A DNA stretch of 64,000 nt, from the NCBI GenBank assembly GCA_040882115.1, contig JBBEBX010000008.1, forward strand, positions 2,113 through 66,112, given 5' to 3'. The number at the start of each line of letters is the position of its first letter. Positions within the stretch are counted from its first letter, which is position 1. The notes below the pieces were generated by a model that had not been told where the DNA came from, searched no databases, and saw only the letters and a list, made by a program, of their open reading frames with translations. This DNA is from Methylophaga sp. (GTDB taxonomy: Bacteria > Pseudomonadota > Gammaproteobacteria > Nitrosococcales > Methylophagaceae). Shown piece after piece: positions 39,476 through 52,903 of the stretch. A program made the translations under genes and the position numbers.

Positions 39476-39494
39476 GTTTAGTTTTGGAAGTACG

Positions 39495-39570
39495 GCCCGT
39501 ATAGCTCAGTCGGTAGAGCGCATCCATGGTAAGGATGAGGTCATCAGTTCGATTCTGATTACGGGCTCCA
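39495..39570 (+). tRNA. tRNA-Thr(GGT)
   Basis: GCCCGTA acceptor; CATCC-ATGGTAA-GGATG; CCA end. Confidence 0.96.
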
Positions 39571-39651
39571 TATTTGGTTTTGATTGGGCAGGGTTAAACT
39601 TGCCTGTTTGATTTTTTAAATTTTAAAAAGTTATTAGGCGGGAGACTGGTC

Positions 39652-40842
39652 ATGTCTAAGGCAAAATTTGAACGGAATAAGCCCCACGTCAACGTGGGCA
39701 CCATTGGTCACGTTGATCATGGTAAAACAACCCTGACAGCGGCAATCACCAAAGTCATGGCTGAGACATCAGGTGGCGAATTCAAAAACTATGCGGATAT
39801 TGATAACGCGCCAGAAGAAAGAGAGCGCGGCATCACCATCTCAACTGCCCACGTTGAGTACGAATCTGCTAACCGTCACTACGCTCACGTAGATTGCCCG
39901 GGCCATGCTGACTACGTCAAAAACATGATCACTGGTGCAGCGCAAATGGACGGCGCGATCTTGGTTGTTAACGCAGCTGACGGTCCAATGCCACAAACCC
40001 GTGAACACATTCTGCTGTCACGTCAGGTTGGTGTGCCATACATCATTGTTTACCTGAATAAGGCTGACATGGTTGATGATGCTGAGCTGGTTGAGCTGGT
40101 TGAAATGGAAGTTCGTGAGTTGTTGGACAAATATGACTTCCCGGGAGATGACACACCAATCGTGGTTGGCTCTGCACTGAAAGCCCTGGAAGGCGATACC
40201 TCAGAAATTGGTGTTCCATCAATCGTTAGACTGGTTGAAGCGATGGATGAATACTTCCCAGAGCCAAAACGTGCTATTGACGGTGCCTTTTTGATGCCGA
40301 TTGAAGACGTATTCTCAATCTCAGGTCGCGGTACTGTAGTGACGGGTCGTGTTGAGCGCGGTATTGTTAAAGTCGGTGACGAATTAGAAATCGTCGGCAT
40401 TAAAGACACCCAAAAAACCACCTGTACTGGTGTGGAAATGTTCCGCAAACTGCTGGACCAAGGTCAGGCAGGCGATAACGTTGGTGTATTGCTACGTGGT
40501 ACCAAGCGTGAAGATGTTGACCGCGGTCAGGTACTGGCACATCCGGGCACTATCAAGCCACATACAAAATTTGAAGCAGAAGTTTATATTCTGTCGAAAG
40601 ATGAAGGTGGTCGTCACACACCATTCTTCAACGGCTACCGTCCACAGTTTTACTTCCGTACAACTGACGTGACTGGTGCCTGTGAACTGCCATCTGGTGT
40701 TGAAATGGTCATGCCGGGTGACAACGTAAAAATGGACGTAACCCTGATTGCACCGATTGCGATGGAAGAAGGTTTGCGTTTTGCTATTCGTGAAGGCGGC
40801 CGCACCGTTGGTGCTGGTGTCGTTAGTAAAATTACGGCATAG
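39652..40842 (+). CDS. tuf: Elongation factor Tu (tufB locus)
   Basis: [18 protein letters not shown]; follows the Tyr-Gly-Thr tRNAs. Confidence 0.99.
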   Translation: MSKAKFERNKPHVNVGTIGHVDHGKTTLTAAITKVMAETSGGEFKNYADIDNAPEERERGITISTAHVEYESANRHYAHVDCPGHADYVKNMITGAAQMDGAILVVNAADGPMPQTREHILLSRQVGVPYIIVYLNKADMVDDAELVELVEMEVRELLDKYDFPGDDTPIVVGSALKALEGDTSEIGVPSIVRLVEAMDEYFPEPKRAIDGAFLMPIEDVFSISGRGTVVTGRVERGIVKVGDELEIVGIKDTQKTTCTGVEMFRKLLDQGQAGDNVGVLLRGTKREDVDRGQVLAHPGTIKPHTKFEAEVYILSKDEGGRHTPFFNGYRPQFYFRTTDVTGACELPSGVEMVMPGDNVKMDVTLIAPIAMEEGLRFAIREGGRTVGAGVVSKITA

Positions 40843-40854
40843 CATTGTTTAAGG

Positions 40855-40880
40855 TGGCTAAGCGCAAGGGCGCTTAGCCA
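40855..40880 (+). other. Perfect 11-bp hairpin between tuf and tRNA-Trp
   Basis: TGGCTAAGCGC-AAGG-GCGCTTAGCCA; no long U-tract. Confidence 0.6.
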
Positions 40881-40897
40881 TTGTGAGGGCAAGTGTT

Positions 40898-40973
40898 AGG
40901 CCAGTAGCTCAATTGGCAGAGCGACGGTCTCCAAAACCGTAGGTTGGGGGTTCGATTCCCTCCTGGCCTGCCA
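40898..40973 (+). tRNA. tRNA-Trp(CCA)
   Basis: AGGCCAG acceptor; ACGGT-CTCCAAA-ACCGT; CCA end. Confidence 0.97.
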
Positions 40974-41009
40974 TCATGTTTTCACCCAATGGATAAATAA
41001 CGAAAAACA

Positions 41010-41348
41010 ATGGCAGATAAACTTAAAATGATAGTCGCAGTTGCCCTCGTGGTGGCTGCGATTGCTTTGTTTTATACCTATTCAGAGTATTCAACATTGT
41101 ATCGTGTGCTCGGCCTTTTAGGTGCGGGCATTGTTGCGTTGCTGATCGCGTCACAGACAACGACAGGTGCTACGGCAATGTCTTATATCGGTGACACACA
41201 AGTTGAAGTGCGCAAAGTGGTCTGGCCAACACGTCAGGAAACTTTGCAAACCACTCTGATAGTGATTGTCATGGTTATCGTTGTGGCGATTATGCTGTGG
41301 GCATTTGATTCGCTGCTCGGGTGGGCGGTTCGCACACTGACTTTCTAA
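41010..41348 (+). CDS. secE: Preprotein translocase subunit SecE
   Basis: EVRKVVWPTRQET motif; three TM segments. Confidence 0.96.
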   Translation: MADKLKMIVAVALVVAAIALFYTYSEYSTLYRVLGLLGAGIVALLIASQTTTGATAMSYIGDTQVEVRKVVWPTRQETLQTTLIVIVMVIVVAIMLWAFDSLLGWAVRTLTF

Positions 41349-41361
41349 AGCAGGATAAATA

Positions 41362-41895
41362 ATGAGCAAGCGTTGGTATGTAATACAAGCTTATTCCGGC
41401 TATGAAGCGCAGGTGAAACGTTCCCTGGAAGAGCGCATTCATCGTCTCGAGTTGGAAGATAAGTTTGGCGAAATCCTGGTCCCGACTGAAGAAGTCGTGG
41501 AAATGAAGGAAGGTCAAAAACGTAAAAGTGAACGTAAGTTCTTTCCTGGCTATGTATTAGTCAATATGGAAATGGATGACGAAACCTGGCATGTGGTCAA
41601 TGACCTGCCACGCGTATTGCGCTTTATCGGTGGTACCGGCGATCGGCCAGCACCGATTTCAGAAAAAGAGGCCAACCAGATTCTGCAACGTGTGCAGGAA
41701 GGTGTTGAAAGTCCACGGCCTAAAGTATTGTTTGAACCGGGCGAAGTGGTACGTGTTACCGATGGTCCGTTCAATGACTTCACCGGCGTTGTCGAAGAAG
41801 TCAACTACGAGAAAAGTCGTCTTCGCGTTGAAGTGGTCATTTTTGGCCGCTCAACACCAGTCGAACTTGAGTTCAGTCAGGTTGCCAAAGGTTAA
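41362..41895 (+). CDS. nusG: Transcription factor NusG
   Basis: [24 protein letters not shown] domain, FGRSTPVEL. Confidence 0.99.
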   Translation: MSKRWYVIQAYSGYEAQVKRSLEERIHRLELEDKFGEILVPTEEVVEMKEGQKRKSERKFFPGYVLVNMEMDDETWHVVNDLPRVLRFIGGTGDRPAPISEKEANQILQRVQEGVESPRPKVLFEPGEVVRVTDGPFNDFTGVVEEVNYEKSRLRVEVVIFGRSTPVELEFSQVAKG

Positions 41896-41913
41896 CCGGA
41901 CTGAGATTTAAAC

Positions 41914-41940
41914 CGGGGAGCCGCAAGGCGCTTGCACCCG
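41914..41940 (+). promoter_or_regulatory. L1-binding translational operator of rplK-rplA
   Basis: CGGGGAGCC-GCAA-GGCGCTTGCACCCG, the usual L11-operon leader fold, just before the rplK SD. Confidence 0.65.
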
Positions 41941-41954
41941 TTAAGGAGTAAATA

Positions 41955-42389
41955 ATGGCTAAAAAGATAACAGCCTATATCAAGCTGCAAGTTGCAGCGG
42001 GTCAGGCAAATCCAAGTCCACCTGTTGGTCCTGCATTGGGTCAGCATGGTGTGAACATCATGGAATTTTGTAAAGCGTTTAACGCCCAGACACAAACACT
42101 GGAGCCGGGTCTGCCGACACCAGTTGTTATTACCGTTTATAACGACAAAAGCTTTACTTTCATTACCAAAACCCCACCAGCGGCGATTTTGCTGAAAAAA
42201 GCAGCCGGCCTGAAAAGTGGTAGTGCGCGTCCGAATACCGATAAAGTTGGTAGTGTTACCCGTGCTCAGTTGGAAGAAATTGCCAACACAAAAATGCCGG
42301 ACTTGTCTGCAGCTGATCTGGATGCGGCAGTACGTACGATTGCCGGTACTGCACGTAGCATGGGCTTGAAGACTGAGGGGGTTGAATAA
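41955..42389 (+). CDS. rplK: 50S ribosomal protein L11
   Basis: [15 protein letters not shown]. Confidence 0.99.
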   Translation: MAKKITAYIKLQVAAGQANPSPPVGPALGQHGVNIMEFCKAFNAQTQTLEPGLPTPVVITVYNDKSFTFITKTPPAAILLKKAAGLKSGSARPNTDKVGSVTRAQLEEIANTKMPDLSAADLDAAVRTIAGTARSMGLKTEGVE

Positions 42390-43081
42390 TGGCTGCGTTG
42401 GGTAAAAGAAGCCGTGCTATCCGTGAAAAACTGACAGACGGTAAATTATTTGAATTAACTGAAGCATTAGACTTTTTGAAAGCCAATGCCTCAGCTAAAT
42501 TTGTTGAGTCAATTGATGTTGCGGTTAACTTAGGTGTTGACCCGCGTAAATCAGACCAGGTCGTACGTAGTTCTACCGTAATGCCAAACGGCACCGGTAA
42601 AACTGTCCGGGTTGCTGTATTTGCCCAGGGTGCCAATGCTGATGCTGCTAAAGAAGCAGGCGCTGATATCGTCGGTTTTGAAGATCTGGCCGAAGACATC
42701 AAAAAAGGCAACATGGATTTTGACGTTGTGATCGCCTCACCTGATGCAATGCGTATTGTCGGTACATTAGGTCAGGTTTTAGGCCCACGTGGTCTGATGC
42801 CAAACCCAAAAGTAGGTACCGTCACGCCTAATGTTGCTGAAGCAGTGAAAAATGCCAAAGCCGGTCAGGTCCGTTACCGTACTGATAAAGCCGGTATCAT
42901 TCATTGCCCGATTGGTAATGCCAAATTTGATACCGAAGCATTGCGTCAGAATTTGATGACATTGCTGGAAGACTTGAACAAATTAAAACCGAGTTCAGCC
43001 AAAGGCGTTTATATCAAGAAGATCAGTCTGTCCAGCACCATGGGTGCCGGTGTGACTGTTGATAAGGCGTTCTTAGCTTAA
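42389..43081 (+). CDS. rplA: 50S ribosomal protein L1
   Basis: [21 protein letters not shown]. Confidence 0.99.
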   Translation: MAALGKRSRAIREKLTDGKLFELTEALDFLKANASAKFVESIDVAVNLGVDPRKSDQVVRSSTVMPNGTGKTVRVAVFAQGANADAAKEAGADIVGFEDLAEDIKKGNMDFDVVIASPDAMRIVGTLGQVLGPRGLMPNPKVGTVTPNVAEAVKNAKAGQVRYRTDKAGIIHCPIGNAKFDTEALRQNLMTLLEDLNKLKPSSAKGVYIKKISLSSTMGAGVTVDKAFLA

Positions 43082-43132
43082 ACCGGATTAAAGAATTGGA
43101 CCGCCGCGTCTCAGCGTAAGCTGAGGCGAGGT

Positions 43133-43190
43133 CGTCTAAGACCGCAGGCATGTAAATTTAATTGATTTTCGGATCAGCCTGCGCAGACGG
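43133..43190 (+). promoter_or_regulatory. L10 (rplJ) leader RNA
   Basis: CGTCTAAGACCGCAGG...TTAA...CCTGCGCAGACGG, the conserved L10-leader kink-turn motif. Confidence 0.75.
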
Positions 43191-43304
43191 GTTCAGCTGC
43201 AGAATTTCTGAGGTTGGATGCCGTAACAAGGTGGGAATGGCAACATTTCCGTGTTAGCAACTATTCATTGTCGCAGTTAGGCAGTGAACCTAAGGAGGTC
43301 TTAG

Positions 43305-43832
43305 GTGGCTTTAAATCTCGAAGGAAAAAAGGCCGTCGTTGCTGAGGTCGCTGAAGTCGCATCAAGCGCATATGCTGCGGTCGCCGCAGAATATCATGGC
43401 TTGAGCGTGTCAGAAATGACCGCCCTGCGTGTTGAAGCGCGTAAACAGAATGTTTATTTACGCGTTATTCGTAACACGTTGGCACGTCGTGCAGTAGAAG
43501 GTACTGATTTTGCCTGTATGCAAGAAGGCATGATTGGTCCTTTGGTATTTGGTTTTTCTATGGAAGATCCAGGTGCTGTTGCGCGTGTTATGGGTGACTT
43601 TGCGAAAGATCACAAACAACTCGAAGTTAAAATGGTGTCTCTGGGTGGCAAATTAATGCCAGCATCAGAACTTGAGCGTCTGGCGAAAATGCCAACCAAA
43701 GATCAGGCTATCAGCATGTTCATGGGTACGCTTAAAGCACCAATCGAGAAATTTGTCCGTACTTTGCAAGCGCCAACCAGCAAGATGGTTCGTACGTTCG
43801 CGGCAGTTCGCGACGTAAAACAAGCTGCTTAA
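43305..43832 (+). CDS. rplJ: 50S ribosomal protein L10
   Basis: GTG start after AGGAGG; LRVIRNTLARRA. Confidence 0.98.
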   Translation: MALNLEGKKAVVAEVAEVASSAYAAVAAEYHGLSVSEMTALRVEARKQNVYLRVIRNTLARRAVEGTDFACMQEGMIGPLVFGFSMEDPGAVARVMGDFAKDHKQLEVKMVSLGGKLMPASELERLAKMPTKDQAISMFMGTLKAPIEKFVRTLQAPTSKMVRTFAAVRDVKQAA

Positions 43833-43888
43833 TCCATTAGTGGATAAGCAATTTTTTTATTCTGCAAGTTTGAATATAGGTAAATATC

Positions 43889-44260
43889 ATGGCTGTATCT
43901 AAAGACGATATCTTGGAAGCGATTTCCAATATGACAGTTGTTGAGATCGTAGATCTGATCGAAGCAATGGAAGAAAAATTCGGTGTAACTGCTGCTGCGC
44001 CTGTCGCTGCTGCTGCTGCCGCAGCGCCAGTTGCTGCTGCTGAAGAACAAACTGAATTTAACGTAGTAATGTCTAGCTTTGGCGAAAATAAAGTTGGCGT
44101 TATTAAAGTTGTTCGTGGCATCACCGGTCTGGGCTTGAAAGAAGCGAAAGACATGGTTGAAGGCGTACCTGCAACTGTTAAAGAAGGTGCAAGCAAATCA
44201 GAAGCTGAAGATGTTCTGAAGCAACTGACTGAAGCGGGTGCAACTGCTGAAATTAAGTAA
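43889..44260 (+). CDS. rplL: 50S ribosomal protein L7/L12
   Basis: [18 protein letters not shown]. Confidence 0.99.
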   Translation: MAVSKDDILEAISNMTVVEIVDLIEAMEEKFGVTAAAPVAAAAAAAPVAAAEEQTEFNVVMSSFGENKVGVIKVVRGITGLGLKEAKDMVEGVPATVKEGASKSEAEDVLKQLTEAGATAEIK

Positions 44261-44305
44261 GCAGCCCGATATTCGTGGTAGCAGTACCACCACGAATTAG
44301 AGAAT

Positions 44306-44335
44306 GGCTGGTGGCCTTGGGCCACCGGCCTTTTT
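44306..44335 (+). terminator. rplL-rpoB attenuator/terminator
   Basis: GGCTGGTGGCC-TTG-GGCCACCGGCC followed by T5. Confidence 0.75.
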
Positions 44336-44429
44336 CCGTTGCAGGCCGATCGTAATATCCGGCCACTCATACATGACCCTGCCTGAATTTCGCTGCCGTG
44401 AAATCAGGTGTTTCTTCGAGGTGTAATAC

Positions 44430-47400
44430 ATGGCTTATACGTTTACCGAGAAAAAACGGATTCGTAAAGATTTTGGCAAGCGTCCAAGTGTCTTGACCGT
44501 CCCTAACTTATTGGCAACTCAGGTCAATTCCTATCAGGATTTCCTGCAAATGGGCATCGCTGCCGATGAACGTGGCGCGGTCGGTTTGCATGCTGCCTTT
44601 GAATCGGTGTTTCCGATTAAAAGTCATACCGGCATGGCCGAGCTGCAATATGTCAGCTACCGGCTGGGCACGCCTGCGTTTGACGTTAAAGAATGTCAGT
44701 TACGCGGCGTTACCTATGCTGCACCTTTGAGAGTCAAAATGCGTTTAGTCATTTATGACAAAGACGCCCCTGCCAAACAAAAAGTCGTCAAAGACATTAA
44801 AGAGCAGGAAGTATATATGGGCGAAATCCCATTGATGACTGAAAAAGGCAACTTTGTCATCAATGGTACCGAGCGGGTTATCGTGTCTCAGTTACACCGT
44901 TCACCTGGTGTTTTCTTCGATAGCGATCGCGGTAAAACGCATTCGTCTGGCAAAATCCTCTACAACGCCCGCGTGATCCCTTACCGTGGTTCTTGGCTGG
45001 ATTTTGAATTTGATCCGAAAGATGCGGTGTTTGTTCGTATCGATCGTCGTCGTAAATTGCCATCAACGATCCTGTTAAGAGCATTGGGTTACAGCAATCA
45101 GGAAATCCTGGAGATTTTCTTCGAGAACGACATTTTTACCCGCAAGAAAAAAGGCTTTCAATTAGCTTTGGAGCCACAACGTTTGCGTGGTCAGTCAGTA
45201 CCATTTGATATCGTCAGCAAAGACGGCGAGATCATCTGTGAAGCTGAGCGGCAAATTACCGGCCGTCATATTCGTCAGATGGAAAAAGCCAGCATGAAAT
45301 CGCTGGATGTACCCGATGATTATTTAGTCGGTAAAGTGATTGCCAAAGACATTGTTGATGACGAAACCGGCGAGTTGCTGGCTAACGCCAATGATGAAAT
45401 CACCACCGATATACTGGAAAAATTTGAGCGTTTTGGTATCGATGTGATCGAAACTATTTACGCCAATGATCTGGATCATGGTCCGTATATTTCTGACACT
45501 TTGCGCCTTGATGAAACCCGTAGTCATTTAGAAGCCAAGATTGAAATTTACCGGATGATGCGCCCCGGTGAACCACCGACAGAAGATGCGGCTGAAAACC
45601 TGTTTAACAACCTGTTCTTCACCCATGAGCGTTATGACCTGTCTAATGTCGGCCGAATGAAATTTAACCGTCGCCTGGGCCGGGAAGAGCTTGATGGCGA
45701 AGGCATTTTGTCGAAAGAAGACATTGTTGCTGTTATCGGTGAACTGATTTCCATTCGCAACGGCTTTGGTGTGGTCGATGATATCGATCATCTGGGCAAC
45801 CGTCGTGTGCGTAGCGTTGGTGAAATGGCCGAAAACCAATTTCGTGTTGGTTTGGTTCGGGTTGAACGTGCTGTGCGTGAACGTTTGAGCATTGCCGAAT
45901 CTGAAGGTCTGATGCCACAGCAGTTGATTAATGCCAAACCAGTGGCGGCGGCAATCAAAGAGTTCTTTGGTTCCAGTCAGCTGTCACAGTTTATGGATCA
46001 AAATAATCCACTATCAGAAGTGACGCATAAACGCCGTGTTTCGGCTTTAGGACCTGGTGGTCTGACCCGTGAGCGTGCCGGTTTTGAGGTGCGTGACGTA
46101 CATCCGACCCATTACGGCCGTGTTTGCCCAATCGAAACACCTGAAGGCCCGAACATCGGTCTGATTAACTCTTTAGCGTGTTATGCGCGGACCAATCAGT
46201 ATGGCTTTATTGAAACGCCATATCGTAAAGTTATCGACGGCAAAGCCACCACTGAAATTATTTATTTGTCAGCGATTGATGAGGGTGAATACAAAATTGC
46301 TCAGGCAACAATTGACCTGAATGATGACAACTCCATTGCCGACAATATGGTGCCATGCCGTCATAAAAACGAATTTTCGTTAATGCCGTCAGAACAAGTA
46401 CAACTGATGGACGTGTCCCCACGTCAGGTTGTATCTGTTGCAGCATCATTAATTCCGTTTCTGGAACATGATGACGCCAACCGTGCCTTGATGGGTTCGA
46501 ACATGCAACGTCAGGCTGTACCGACATTACGTACCGACAAACCATTAGTGGGTACCGGTATGGAGCGTGTTGTTGCTACTGACTCAGGCGTTATGGTCAC
46601 GGCGAAACGTGGTGGTACTGTTGATTCAGTAGATGCCAGCCGTATTGTTATTCGTGTTAACGATGATGAAACGGAAGGCAATGAATCAGGTGTTGATATT
46701 TACAACCTGATCAAATACGCCCGTTCTAACCAAAGCACTTGTATTAACCAACGGCCAATCGTTAAACCCGGTGATGTTATTGGTAAAGGCGATACCCTGG
46801 CTGATGGTCCATCTACCGATAAAGGTGAGCTGGCATTGGGTCAGAATATTCTGGTCGCCTTTATGCCCTGGAATGGTTACAACTTCGAAGATTCGATTCT
46901 GGTTTCAGAGCGCGTTGTCGAAGAAGATCGTTTTACAACCATTCATATTCAGGAACTGAATTGTCTGGCGCGTGATACCAAACTGGGTACTGAAGAAATC
47001 ACCAGTGATATTCCAAATGTCAGCGAAAGTGCGCTGGCGAAACTGGATGAGTCAGGCATTGTTTATGTCGGCGCCGAAGTTAAACCAGGCGATATTCTGG
47101 TCGGTAAAGTGACGCCAAAAGGTGAGACTCAGCTGACGCCGGAAGAGAAGCTGTTAAGAGCAATCTTTGGTGAAAAAGCCGCGGATGTTAAAGACTCATC
47201 ATTGCGTGTGCCTTCCGGTATTAACGGTACGGTTATTGACGTACAGGTATTTACCCGTGATGGCGTTGAGAAAGATGATCGTACCCAGCAAATCGAAAAA
47301 GCTGAGCTGGAAAAAGTCTGGACAGATTTAAAAGATCAGCACCGGATCATGGTTGAAGACGTGTTTGCCCGTCTGGAACGTAATCTGACTGGCAAAGCCG

Positions 47401-48506
47401 CGAAAAAAGGCCCTGGTCTGAAAAAAGGCGACAAGCTTACTAAATCCATCCTGAAAAACATTGAGAACAGTCACTGGTTTGATATTCAAATGGAAGCGGA
47501 TGAGCTGAATACCATGCTGGAAAATGCTGCCAAGCAAATTCAGCAGTATCGTCAGGATATGGATGAAGCCTTCCAAATCAAAAAAGACAAATTGACTTCA
47601 GGTCATGATTTGGCGCCCGGCGTACAACGGATGGTTAAAGTCTTCCTGGCTGTTAAACGTCGTATCCAGCCTGGTGATAAAATGGCTGGTCGTCATGGTA
47701 ACAAAGGTGTTATTTCCAACATCGTACCGGTTGAAGACATGCCGTATACCCAGGATGGCCGTCCGGTTGATATCGTGCTGAACCCACTGGGTGTTCCGTC
47801 ACGGATGAATATCGGTCAGATCCTTGAAGTGCATTTGGGTTGGGCTGCTAAAGGGCTTGGATATAAGATCCAGGAAATGCTCGAACAGCAGCGTGATATC
47901 GCTGAGCTGCGAGAATTCCTGAACCGCGTTTACAACACCAGCGGTAAAAAAGAAGATCTGGAATCGTTAAGCGACAACGAGATCCTTGAACTTGCCGGCA
48001 ACTTGCAAGGCGGTGTGCCGATGGCGACACCGGTATTTGACGGTGCTGATGAAGGCGAGATCAAGGATATGCTGGAGCTGGCCGGTCTGCCACGTAGTGG
48101 TCAGGCGAAGCTGATTGACGGTCGTACTGGTGAGTTTTTCCATCGTCCGGTAACCATTGGTTACATGCATATGCTGAAACTGAATCACTTGGTTGATGAC
48201 AAGATGCATGCCCGTTCAACGGGTCCATACAGCCTGGTCACACAGCAACCGCTGGGTGGTAAGGCGCAGTTCGGTGGTCAGCGGTTTGGTGAGATGGAAG
48301 TCTGGGCACTGCAAGCTTACGGTGCTGCTTACACCTTGCAGGAAATGCTGACAGTGAAATCGGACGATGTGAATGGCCGTACCAAGATCTACAAAAACAT
48401 CGTTGATGGTGATTATCGGATGGATGCCGGCATGCCGGAATCCTTCAAGGTACTGACGCGCGAAATTCGCTCGCTGGGTATCGATGTCGACTTAGTCGAA
48501 GAATAA
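44430..48506 (+). CDS. rpoB: RNA polymerase beta subunit
   Basis: 1358 aa; wild-type-looking Rif cluster [27 protein letters not shown]; [12 protein letters not shown]. Confidence 0.99.
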   Translation: MAYTFTEKKRIRKDFGKRPSVLTVPNLLATQVNSYQDFLQMGIAADERGAVGLHAAFESVFPIKSHTGMAELQYVSYRLGTPAFDVKECQLRGVTYAAPLRVKMRLVIYDKDAPAKQKVVKDIKEQEVYMGEIPLMTEKGNFVINGTERVIVSQLHRSPGVFFDSDRGKTHSSGKILYNARVIPYRGSWLDFEFDPKDAVFVRIDRRRKLPSTILLRALGYSNQEILEIFFENDIFTRKKKGFQLALEPQRLRGQSVPFDIVSKDGEIICEAERQITGRHIRQMEKASMKSLDVPDDYLVGKVIAKDIVDDETGELLANANDEITTDILEKFERFGIDVIETIYANDLDHGPYISDTLRLDETRSHLEAKIEIYRMMRPGEPPTEDAAENLFNNLFFTHERYDLSNVGRMKFNRRLGREELDGEGILSKEDIVAVIGELISIRNGFGVVDDIDHLGNRRVRSVGEMAENQFRVGLVRVERAVRERLSIAESEGLMPQQLINAKPVAAAIKEFFGSSQLSQFMDQNNPLSEVTHKRRVSALGPGGLTRERAGFEVRDVHPTHYGRVCPIETPEGPNIGLINSLACYARTNQYGFIETPYRKVIDGKATTEIIYLSAIDEGEYKIAQATIDLNDDNSIADNMVPCRHKNEFSLMPSEQVQLMDVSPRQVVSVAASLIPFLEHDDANRALMGSNMQRQAVPTLRTDKPLVGTGMERVVATDSGVMVTAKRGGTVDSVDASRIVIRVNDDETEGNESGVDIYNLIKYARSNQSTCINQRPIVKPGDVIGKGDTLADGPSTDKGELALGQNILVAFMPWNGYNFEDSILVSERVVEEDRFTTIHIQELNCLARDTKLGTEEITSDIPNVSESALAKLDESGIVYVGAEVKPGDILVGKVTPKGETQLTPEEKLLRAIFGEKAADVKDSSLRVPSGINGTVIDVQVFTRDGVEKDDRTQQIEKAELEKVWTDLKDQHRIMVEDVFARLERNLTGKAAKKGPGLKKGDKLTKSILKNIENSHWFDIQMEADELNTMLENAAKQIQQYRQDMDEAFQIKKDKLTSGHDLAPGVQRMVKVFLAVKRRIQPGDKMAGRHGNKGVISNIVPVEDMPYTQDGRPVDIVLNPLGVPSRMNIGQILEVHLGWAAKGLGYKIQEMLEQQRDIAELREFLNRVYNTSGKKEDLESLSDNEILELAGNLQGGVPMATPVFDGADEGEIKDMLELAGLPRSGQAKLIDGRTGEFFHRPVTIGYMHMLKLNHLVDDKMHARSTGPYSLVTQQPLGGKAQFGGQRFGEMEVWALQAYGAAYTLQEMLTVKSDDVNGRTKIYKNIVDGDYRMDAGMPESFKVLTREIRSLGIDVDLVEE

Positions 48507-48560
48507 GCAGTAGCCCGATAATCAGGATTTTTGTCGTGCAAACGACAGCGGAGAAAAAAT

Positions 48561-51500
48561 ATGAAAGATTTGCTTAATTTGCTCAAGCAACAAAGTCAGC
48601 CGGAAGAGTTTGATGCGATTCGCATCGGCCTCGCGTCACCAAAAATGGTCCGTAGCTGGTCATTTGGTGAAGTCAAAAAACCGGAAACCATCAACTACCG
48701 TACCTTTAAGCCAGAACGTGAAGGTCTGTTCTGCTGCAAAATCTTTGGCCCGGTCAAAGATTACGAATGTTTGTGTGGTAAATATAAGCGTCTGAAACAC
48801 CGTGGTGTTATCTGCGAAAAATGTGGCGTTGAAGTTACCGTTGCTAAAGTGCGGCGTGAACGCATGGGGCATATTGAACTGGCATCGCCGGTTGCCCATA
48901 TCTGGTTTCTGAAATCGCTGCCATCACGGATTTCACTGTTCCTGGATATGACTTTGCGTGATATCGAACGTGTTCTGTATTTCGAAGCATTTATCGTCGT
49001 TGATCCAGGCATGACACCTTTGGAAAAAGGCCAGTTGCTGTCTGACGATATGTATTTACAAGCCATGGAAGAATATGGTGATGATTTTGATGCACGGATG
49101 GGGGCTGAAGCTGTTCAACAACTGCTGAAAAGCATCGATCTGAGCAAAGAAACTGACGTTATCCGTGAAGATATCAATGGAACCAACTCAGAAACCAAAA
49201 TCAAAAAGCTCAGCAAACGCCTGAAGCTGATGGAAGCCTTCCTGGAATCTGGTAACAAACCAGAGTGGATGGTTATGGAAGTATTGCCAGTATTACCACC
49301 GGATTTGCGTCCTTTGGTACCACTGGATGGTGGCCGTTTCGCGACTTCAGATCTCAACGATTTGTATCGCCGTGTTATTAACCGTAACAACCGTCTGAAA
49401 CGCCTGCTGGATCTGAATGCACCGGATATTATCGTCCGTAACGAAAAACGCATGCTGCAAGAATCAGTTGATGCCTTGCTGGATAACGGTCGCCGTGGTC
49501 GTGCCATCACTGGTACCAACCGCATGCCGCTGAAATCGCTGGCCGATATGATTAAAGGTAAGCAAGGTCGTTTCCGTCAAAACTTGCTGGGTAAACGGGT
49601 CGATTATTCAGGCCGTTCAGTTATCGTTGTAGGTCCTTACCTGAAACTGCACCAATGCGGTCTGCCGAAAAAAATGGCTTTGGAATTATTCAAGCCATTT
49701 ATCTACGGCAAATTAGAGCGTCAGGGTCTGGCTACAACTATTAAAGCCGCCAAAAAAATGGTCGAGCGTGAAGGCCCGGAAGTCTGGGATATTCTCGAAG
49801 AAGTAATTCGCGAACATCCGGTCATGCTTAACCGTGCACCAACATTACATCGTCTGGGTATTCAAGCGTTTGAACCGTTGTTGATTGAAGGTAAAGCCAT
49901 TCAGTTGCATCCACTGGTCTGTGCGGCGTTTAACGCTGACTTTGACGGTGACCAAATGGCTGTTCACGTACCATTGTCTTTGGAAGCGCAATTAGAAGCA
50001 CGCTCTTTGATGATGGCGACCAACAATATTTTGTCACCTGCCAATGGCGAGCCAATCATTATTCCGTCGCAAGACGTGGTATTGGGTCTGTATTATATGA
50101 CCCGTTCATTGGTTAACGAAAAAGGTGAAGGCAGCCGTTATGCCGATATCACCGAGCTGCGTCGCGCTTATGATAATAAAGCGGTGTCATTGCACGCCAG
50201 AGTTACCGTGCGTATTGATGAAACCGATGTTACCAAACCGGAGCTTGAGCAAAACCGTCGTATCCGTGTTGAAACCTCAGTGGGCCGTGCGATTTTGTTC
50301 AGTATCGTGCCTAAAGGTCTGCCGTTCTCAGTAGTTGATCGCACCATGACCAAAAAAGCCATTGGTGACTTGATTAACACTTGCTACCGTCGTCTTGGCT
50401 TGAAAGATACTGTTATCTTTGCCGATCAGCTGATGTATCTGGGCTTTAACCAGGCAACGCAGTCCGGTGCTTCGGTTGGTGCCGACGATATGGTGATTCC
50501 TGAGTCCAAAGCGAAAATCCTGGCCAAGGCGGAAGCTGAAGTCGAAGAAATCGCCAGCCAGTATGCATCTGGTTTGGTAACCGATGGTGAACGTTATAAC
50601 AAGATCATCGATATCTGGTCACGTACCAATGATCAAATTGCCAAGGCCATGATGGATGGTATTGGTATTGATATTGTCACTGATAAAGACGGAAACCAGG
50701 TCGAACAACAATCGATGAACTCGATTTATATGATGGCCGATTCCGGTGCTCGTGGTAGTGCGGCGCAGATTCGTCAGTTAGCAGGTATGCGTGGTTTGAT
50801 GGCAAAACCAGATGGTTCGATCATCGAAACCCCTATTACCGCCAACTTCCGGGAAGGTTTGGACGTTCTGCAGTACTTTATTTCTACCCATGGTGCTCGT
50901 AAAGGTTTGGCCGATACGGCATTGAAAACGGCGAACTCAGGTTACTTAACGCGTCGTTTGGTCGACGTTTCACAAGATCTGGTGGTCGTTGAAGAAGATT
51001 GTGGTACCACAGAAGGTATCAGCATGACGCCAATCATTGAAGGCGGTGATGTTGTTGAGGGTCTGGGTGAACGGGTTTTAGGCCGTGTTGTTGCTGAAGA
51101 AGTAATTAACAGTAATGGCAATGTGGTTCTGGAAGCTGGCAGCATGATTGACGAAGCCTCCGTGACCCAACTGGAAAAAGAAGGTATTGACGAAGTAATG
51201 GTGCGCAGTGCCATCACCTGTGAATCCCGTTATGGTGTGTGTAGCGCCTGTTATGGCCGTGACTTAGGTCGTGGTCATAAAATCAATGTTGGTGAAGCGG
51301 TCGGCGTTATCGCGGCACAATCAATTGGTGAGCCGGGTACGCAGCTGACCATGCGTACTTTCCATATCGGTGGTGCGGCGTCACGTACCGCAGCAGATAA
51401 TTCTGTTGTCCTGAAATTCAAAGGTCGTATTCGCTACAACAACATTAAATCGGTTGAGAACAAAGCCGGTAAATTCGTTGCGGTTTCACGTTCTGGTGAA

Positions 51501-52757
51501 TTGCATCTGATCGACGAAAATGGTCGTGAGCGGGAACGTTATAAAATTCCATACGGTGCTGAAATCACGGTTGCTGACAATGATGCGGTTGATGCCGGTC
51601 AAATCGTTGCCAACTGGGATCCACATACACATCCGGTTGTGACCGAAGTGAAAGGTCATATCCGTTTGAGTGATTTGGTTGAAGGTGTCACCGTTGATAA
51701 ACAAGTTGACGAAGTCACTGGTCTGACCAGCTTGATTATTCGTGAACCTAAGCAACGTAGTTCTGCAGCCAAAGATATGCGGCCAATGGTTAAGTTGGTT
51801 GATGACCATGGTAATGACGTCAACATCATCGGTACTGACATTCCAGCAGAATATTTCCTGCCGGGTGGTGCGATTGTTCGTGTTACAGACGGTATGGAAG
51901 TGGAAGTCGGTGACATCCTGGCACGTATCCCGCAGGAAAGCAGTAAAACCCGTGATATCACCGGTGGTCTGCCTCGGGTTGCCGATTTGTTTGAAGCCCG
52001 TAAGCCAAAAGATCCGGCTTTGATGGCAGAAATCAGCGGTACCATTAGCTTTGGTAAAGAAACTAAAGGTAAACAACGGCTGATCATTACCCCGAAAGAG
52101 GGTGAACCGCATGAAGAGCTGATCCCGAAATGGCGCCACATTGCCGTGTTTGAAGGTGAGCACATCGAAAAGGGTGAAATGATTGTTGATGGACCGGAAG
52201 ATCCACATGACATCCTGCGACTTAAAGGTGTGTTAGCCCTGACCAATTACATGGTTAGTGAAGTGCAGGAGGTTTACCGACTGCAAGGCGTTAAAATCAA
52301 TGATAAGCACATTGAGGTGATTGTTCGCCAAATGCTGCGTAAAGTTGAAGTTGATGCTGTTGGTGATAGCAAATTCCTGAAAGGCGAGCAGGTTGAATTT
52401 GACCGTGTGCTTGAAGCGAATGATGATATGCGCGCCCAGGATAAAGTCGAAGTTTTATTTACGCCGCTGTTGTTGGGTATTACCAAAGCATCGCTGGCAA
52501 CGGAGTCGTTTATTTCTGCGGCATCGTTCCAGGAAACCACTCGCGTTCTGACGGATGCTGCTGTTACCGGTAAGAGTGATCCGCTGCGCGGTCTGAAAGA
52601 AAACGTTATTGTTGGTCGCTTGATTCCTGCGGGTACCGGTTTGGCTTATCATAAAGAGCGTCATCGCCGTCGTTATGGTGATCCTGCACCGGTAGTAGAA
52701 GCGCCAGCCGTGGAAGTTGTTGAAAACAACGAGGAAGAAACCAACGAGGCCGGTTAA
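48561..52757 (+). CDS. rpoC: RNA polymerase beta' subunit
   Basis: NADFDGD catalytic motif, Zn-finger cysteines; start MKDLLN at 48561. Confidence 0.99.
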   Translation: MKDLLNLLKQQSQPEEFDAIRIGLASPKMVRSWSFGEVKKPETINYRTFKPEREGLFCCKIFGPVKDYECLCGKYKRLKHRGVICEKCGVEVTVAKVRRERMGHIELASPVAHIWFLKSLPSRISLFLDMTLRDIERVLYFEAFIVVDPGMTPLEKGQLLSDDMYLQAMEEYGDDFDARMGAEAVQQLLKSIDLSKETDVIREDINGTNSETKIKKLSKRLKLMEAFLESGNKPEWMVMEVLPVLPPDLRPLVPLDGGRFATSDLNDLYRRVINRNNRLKRLLDLNAPDIIVRNEKRMLQESVDALLDNGRRGRAITGTNRMPLKSLADMIKGKQGRFRQNLLGKRVDYSGRSVIVVGPYLKLHQCGLPKKMALELFKPFIYGKLERQGLATTIKAAKKMVEREGPEVWDILEEVIREHPVMLNRAPTLHRLGIQAFEPLLIEGKAIQLHPLVCAAFNADFDGDQMAVHVPLSLEAQLEARSLMMATNNILSPANGEPIIIPSQDVVLGLYYMTRSLVNEKGEGSRYADITELRRAYDNKAVSLHARVTVRIDETDVTKPELEQNRRIRVETSVGRAILFSIVPKGLPFSVVDRTMTKKAIGDLINTCYRRLGLKDTVIFADQLMYLGFNQATQSGASVGADDMVIPESKAKILAKAEAEVEEIASQYASGLVTDGERYNKIIDIWSRTNDQIAKAMMDGIGIDIVTDKDGNQVEQQSMNSIYMMADSGARGSAAQIRQLAGMRGLMAKPDGSIIETPITANFREGLDVLQYFISTHGARKGLADTALKTANSGYLTRRLVDVSQDLVVVEEDCGTTEGISMTPIIEGGDVVEGLGERVLGRVVAEEVINSNGNVVLEAGSMIDEASVTQLEKEGIDEVMVRSAITCESRYGVCSACYGRDLGRGHKINVGEAVGVIAAQSIGEPGTQLTMRTFHIGGAASRTAADNSVVLKFKGRIRYNNIKSVENKAGKFVAVSRSGELHLIDENGRERERYKIPYGAEITVADNDAVDAGQIVANWDPHTHPVVTEVKGHIRLSDLVEGVTVDKQVDEVTGLTSLIIREPKQRSSAAKDMRPMVKLVDDHGNDVNIIGTDIPAEYFLPGGAIVRVTDGMEVEVGDILARIPQESSKTRDITGGLPRVADLFEARKPKDPALMAEISGTISFGKETKGKQRLIITPKEGEPHEELIPKWRHIAVFEGEHIEKGEMIVDGPEDPHDILRLKGVLALTNYMVSEVQEVYRLQGVKINDKHIEVIVRQMLRKVEVDAVGDSKFLKGEQVEFDRVLEANDDMRAQDKVEVLFTPLLLGITKASLATESFISAASFQETTRVLTDAAVTGKSDPLRGLKENVIVGRLIPAGTGLAYHKERHRRRYGDPAPVVEAPAVEVVENNEEETNEAG

Positions 52758-52762
52758 AGGTC

Positions 52763-52792
52763 TTGACGGGTCCGTTTGAAGCGGGGTAAAAT
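52763..52792 (+). promoter_or_regulatory. sigma70 promoter of the str operon
   Basis: TTGACG-N18-TAAAAT upstream of rpsL. Confidence 0.75.
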
Positions 52793-52903
52793 CCCTCTTC
52801 TTTGTCGGGCATCCATTAAGGGTGCCCGTTTTATTCGAATGGTAATGCGAGAATAATAGTATCGCAGGCTACCATCGCTAGATATTTGTTAAGGCTGTAT
52901 TTG

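Noticed and set aside
39521-39537. tRNA-Thr(GGT) has A at position 32
   Set aside because: This anticodon loop variant (ATGGTAA) occurs in other bacterial Thr(GGT) tRNAs as far as I recall; not novel
45940-46080. Antibiotic-resistance alleles in the rpoB Rif cluster (and rpsL K42/K87)
   Set aside because: Residues match wild-type motifs
51486-52246. Long antisense ORFs within rpoC (240 and 196 aa), and similar shadows in fliC, fliK, the MCP, hslU and both tuf copies
   Set aside because: Expected by-products of biased codon usage on the coding strand; no RBS or recognisable domains
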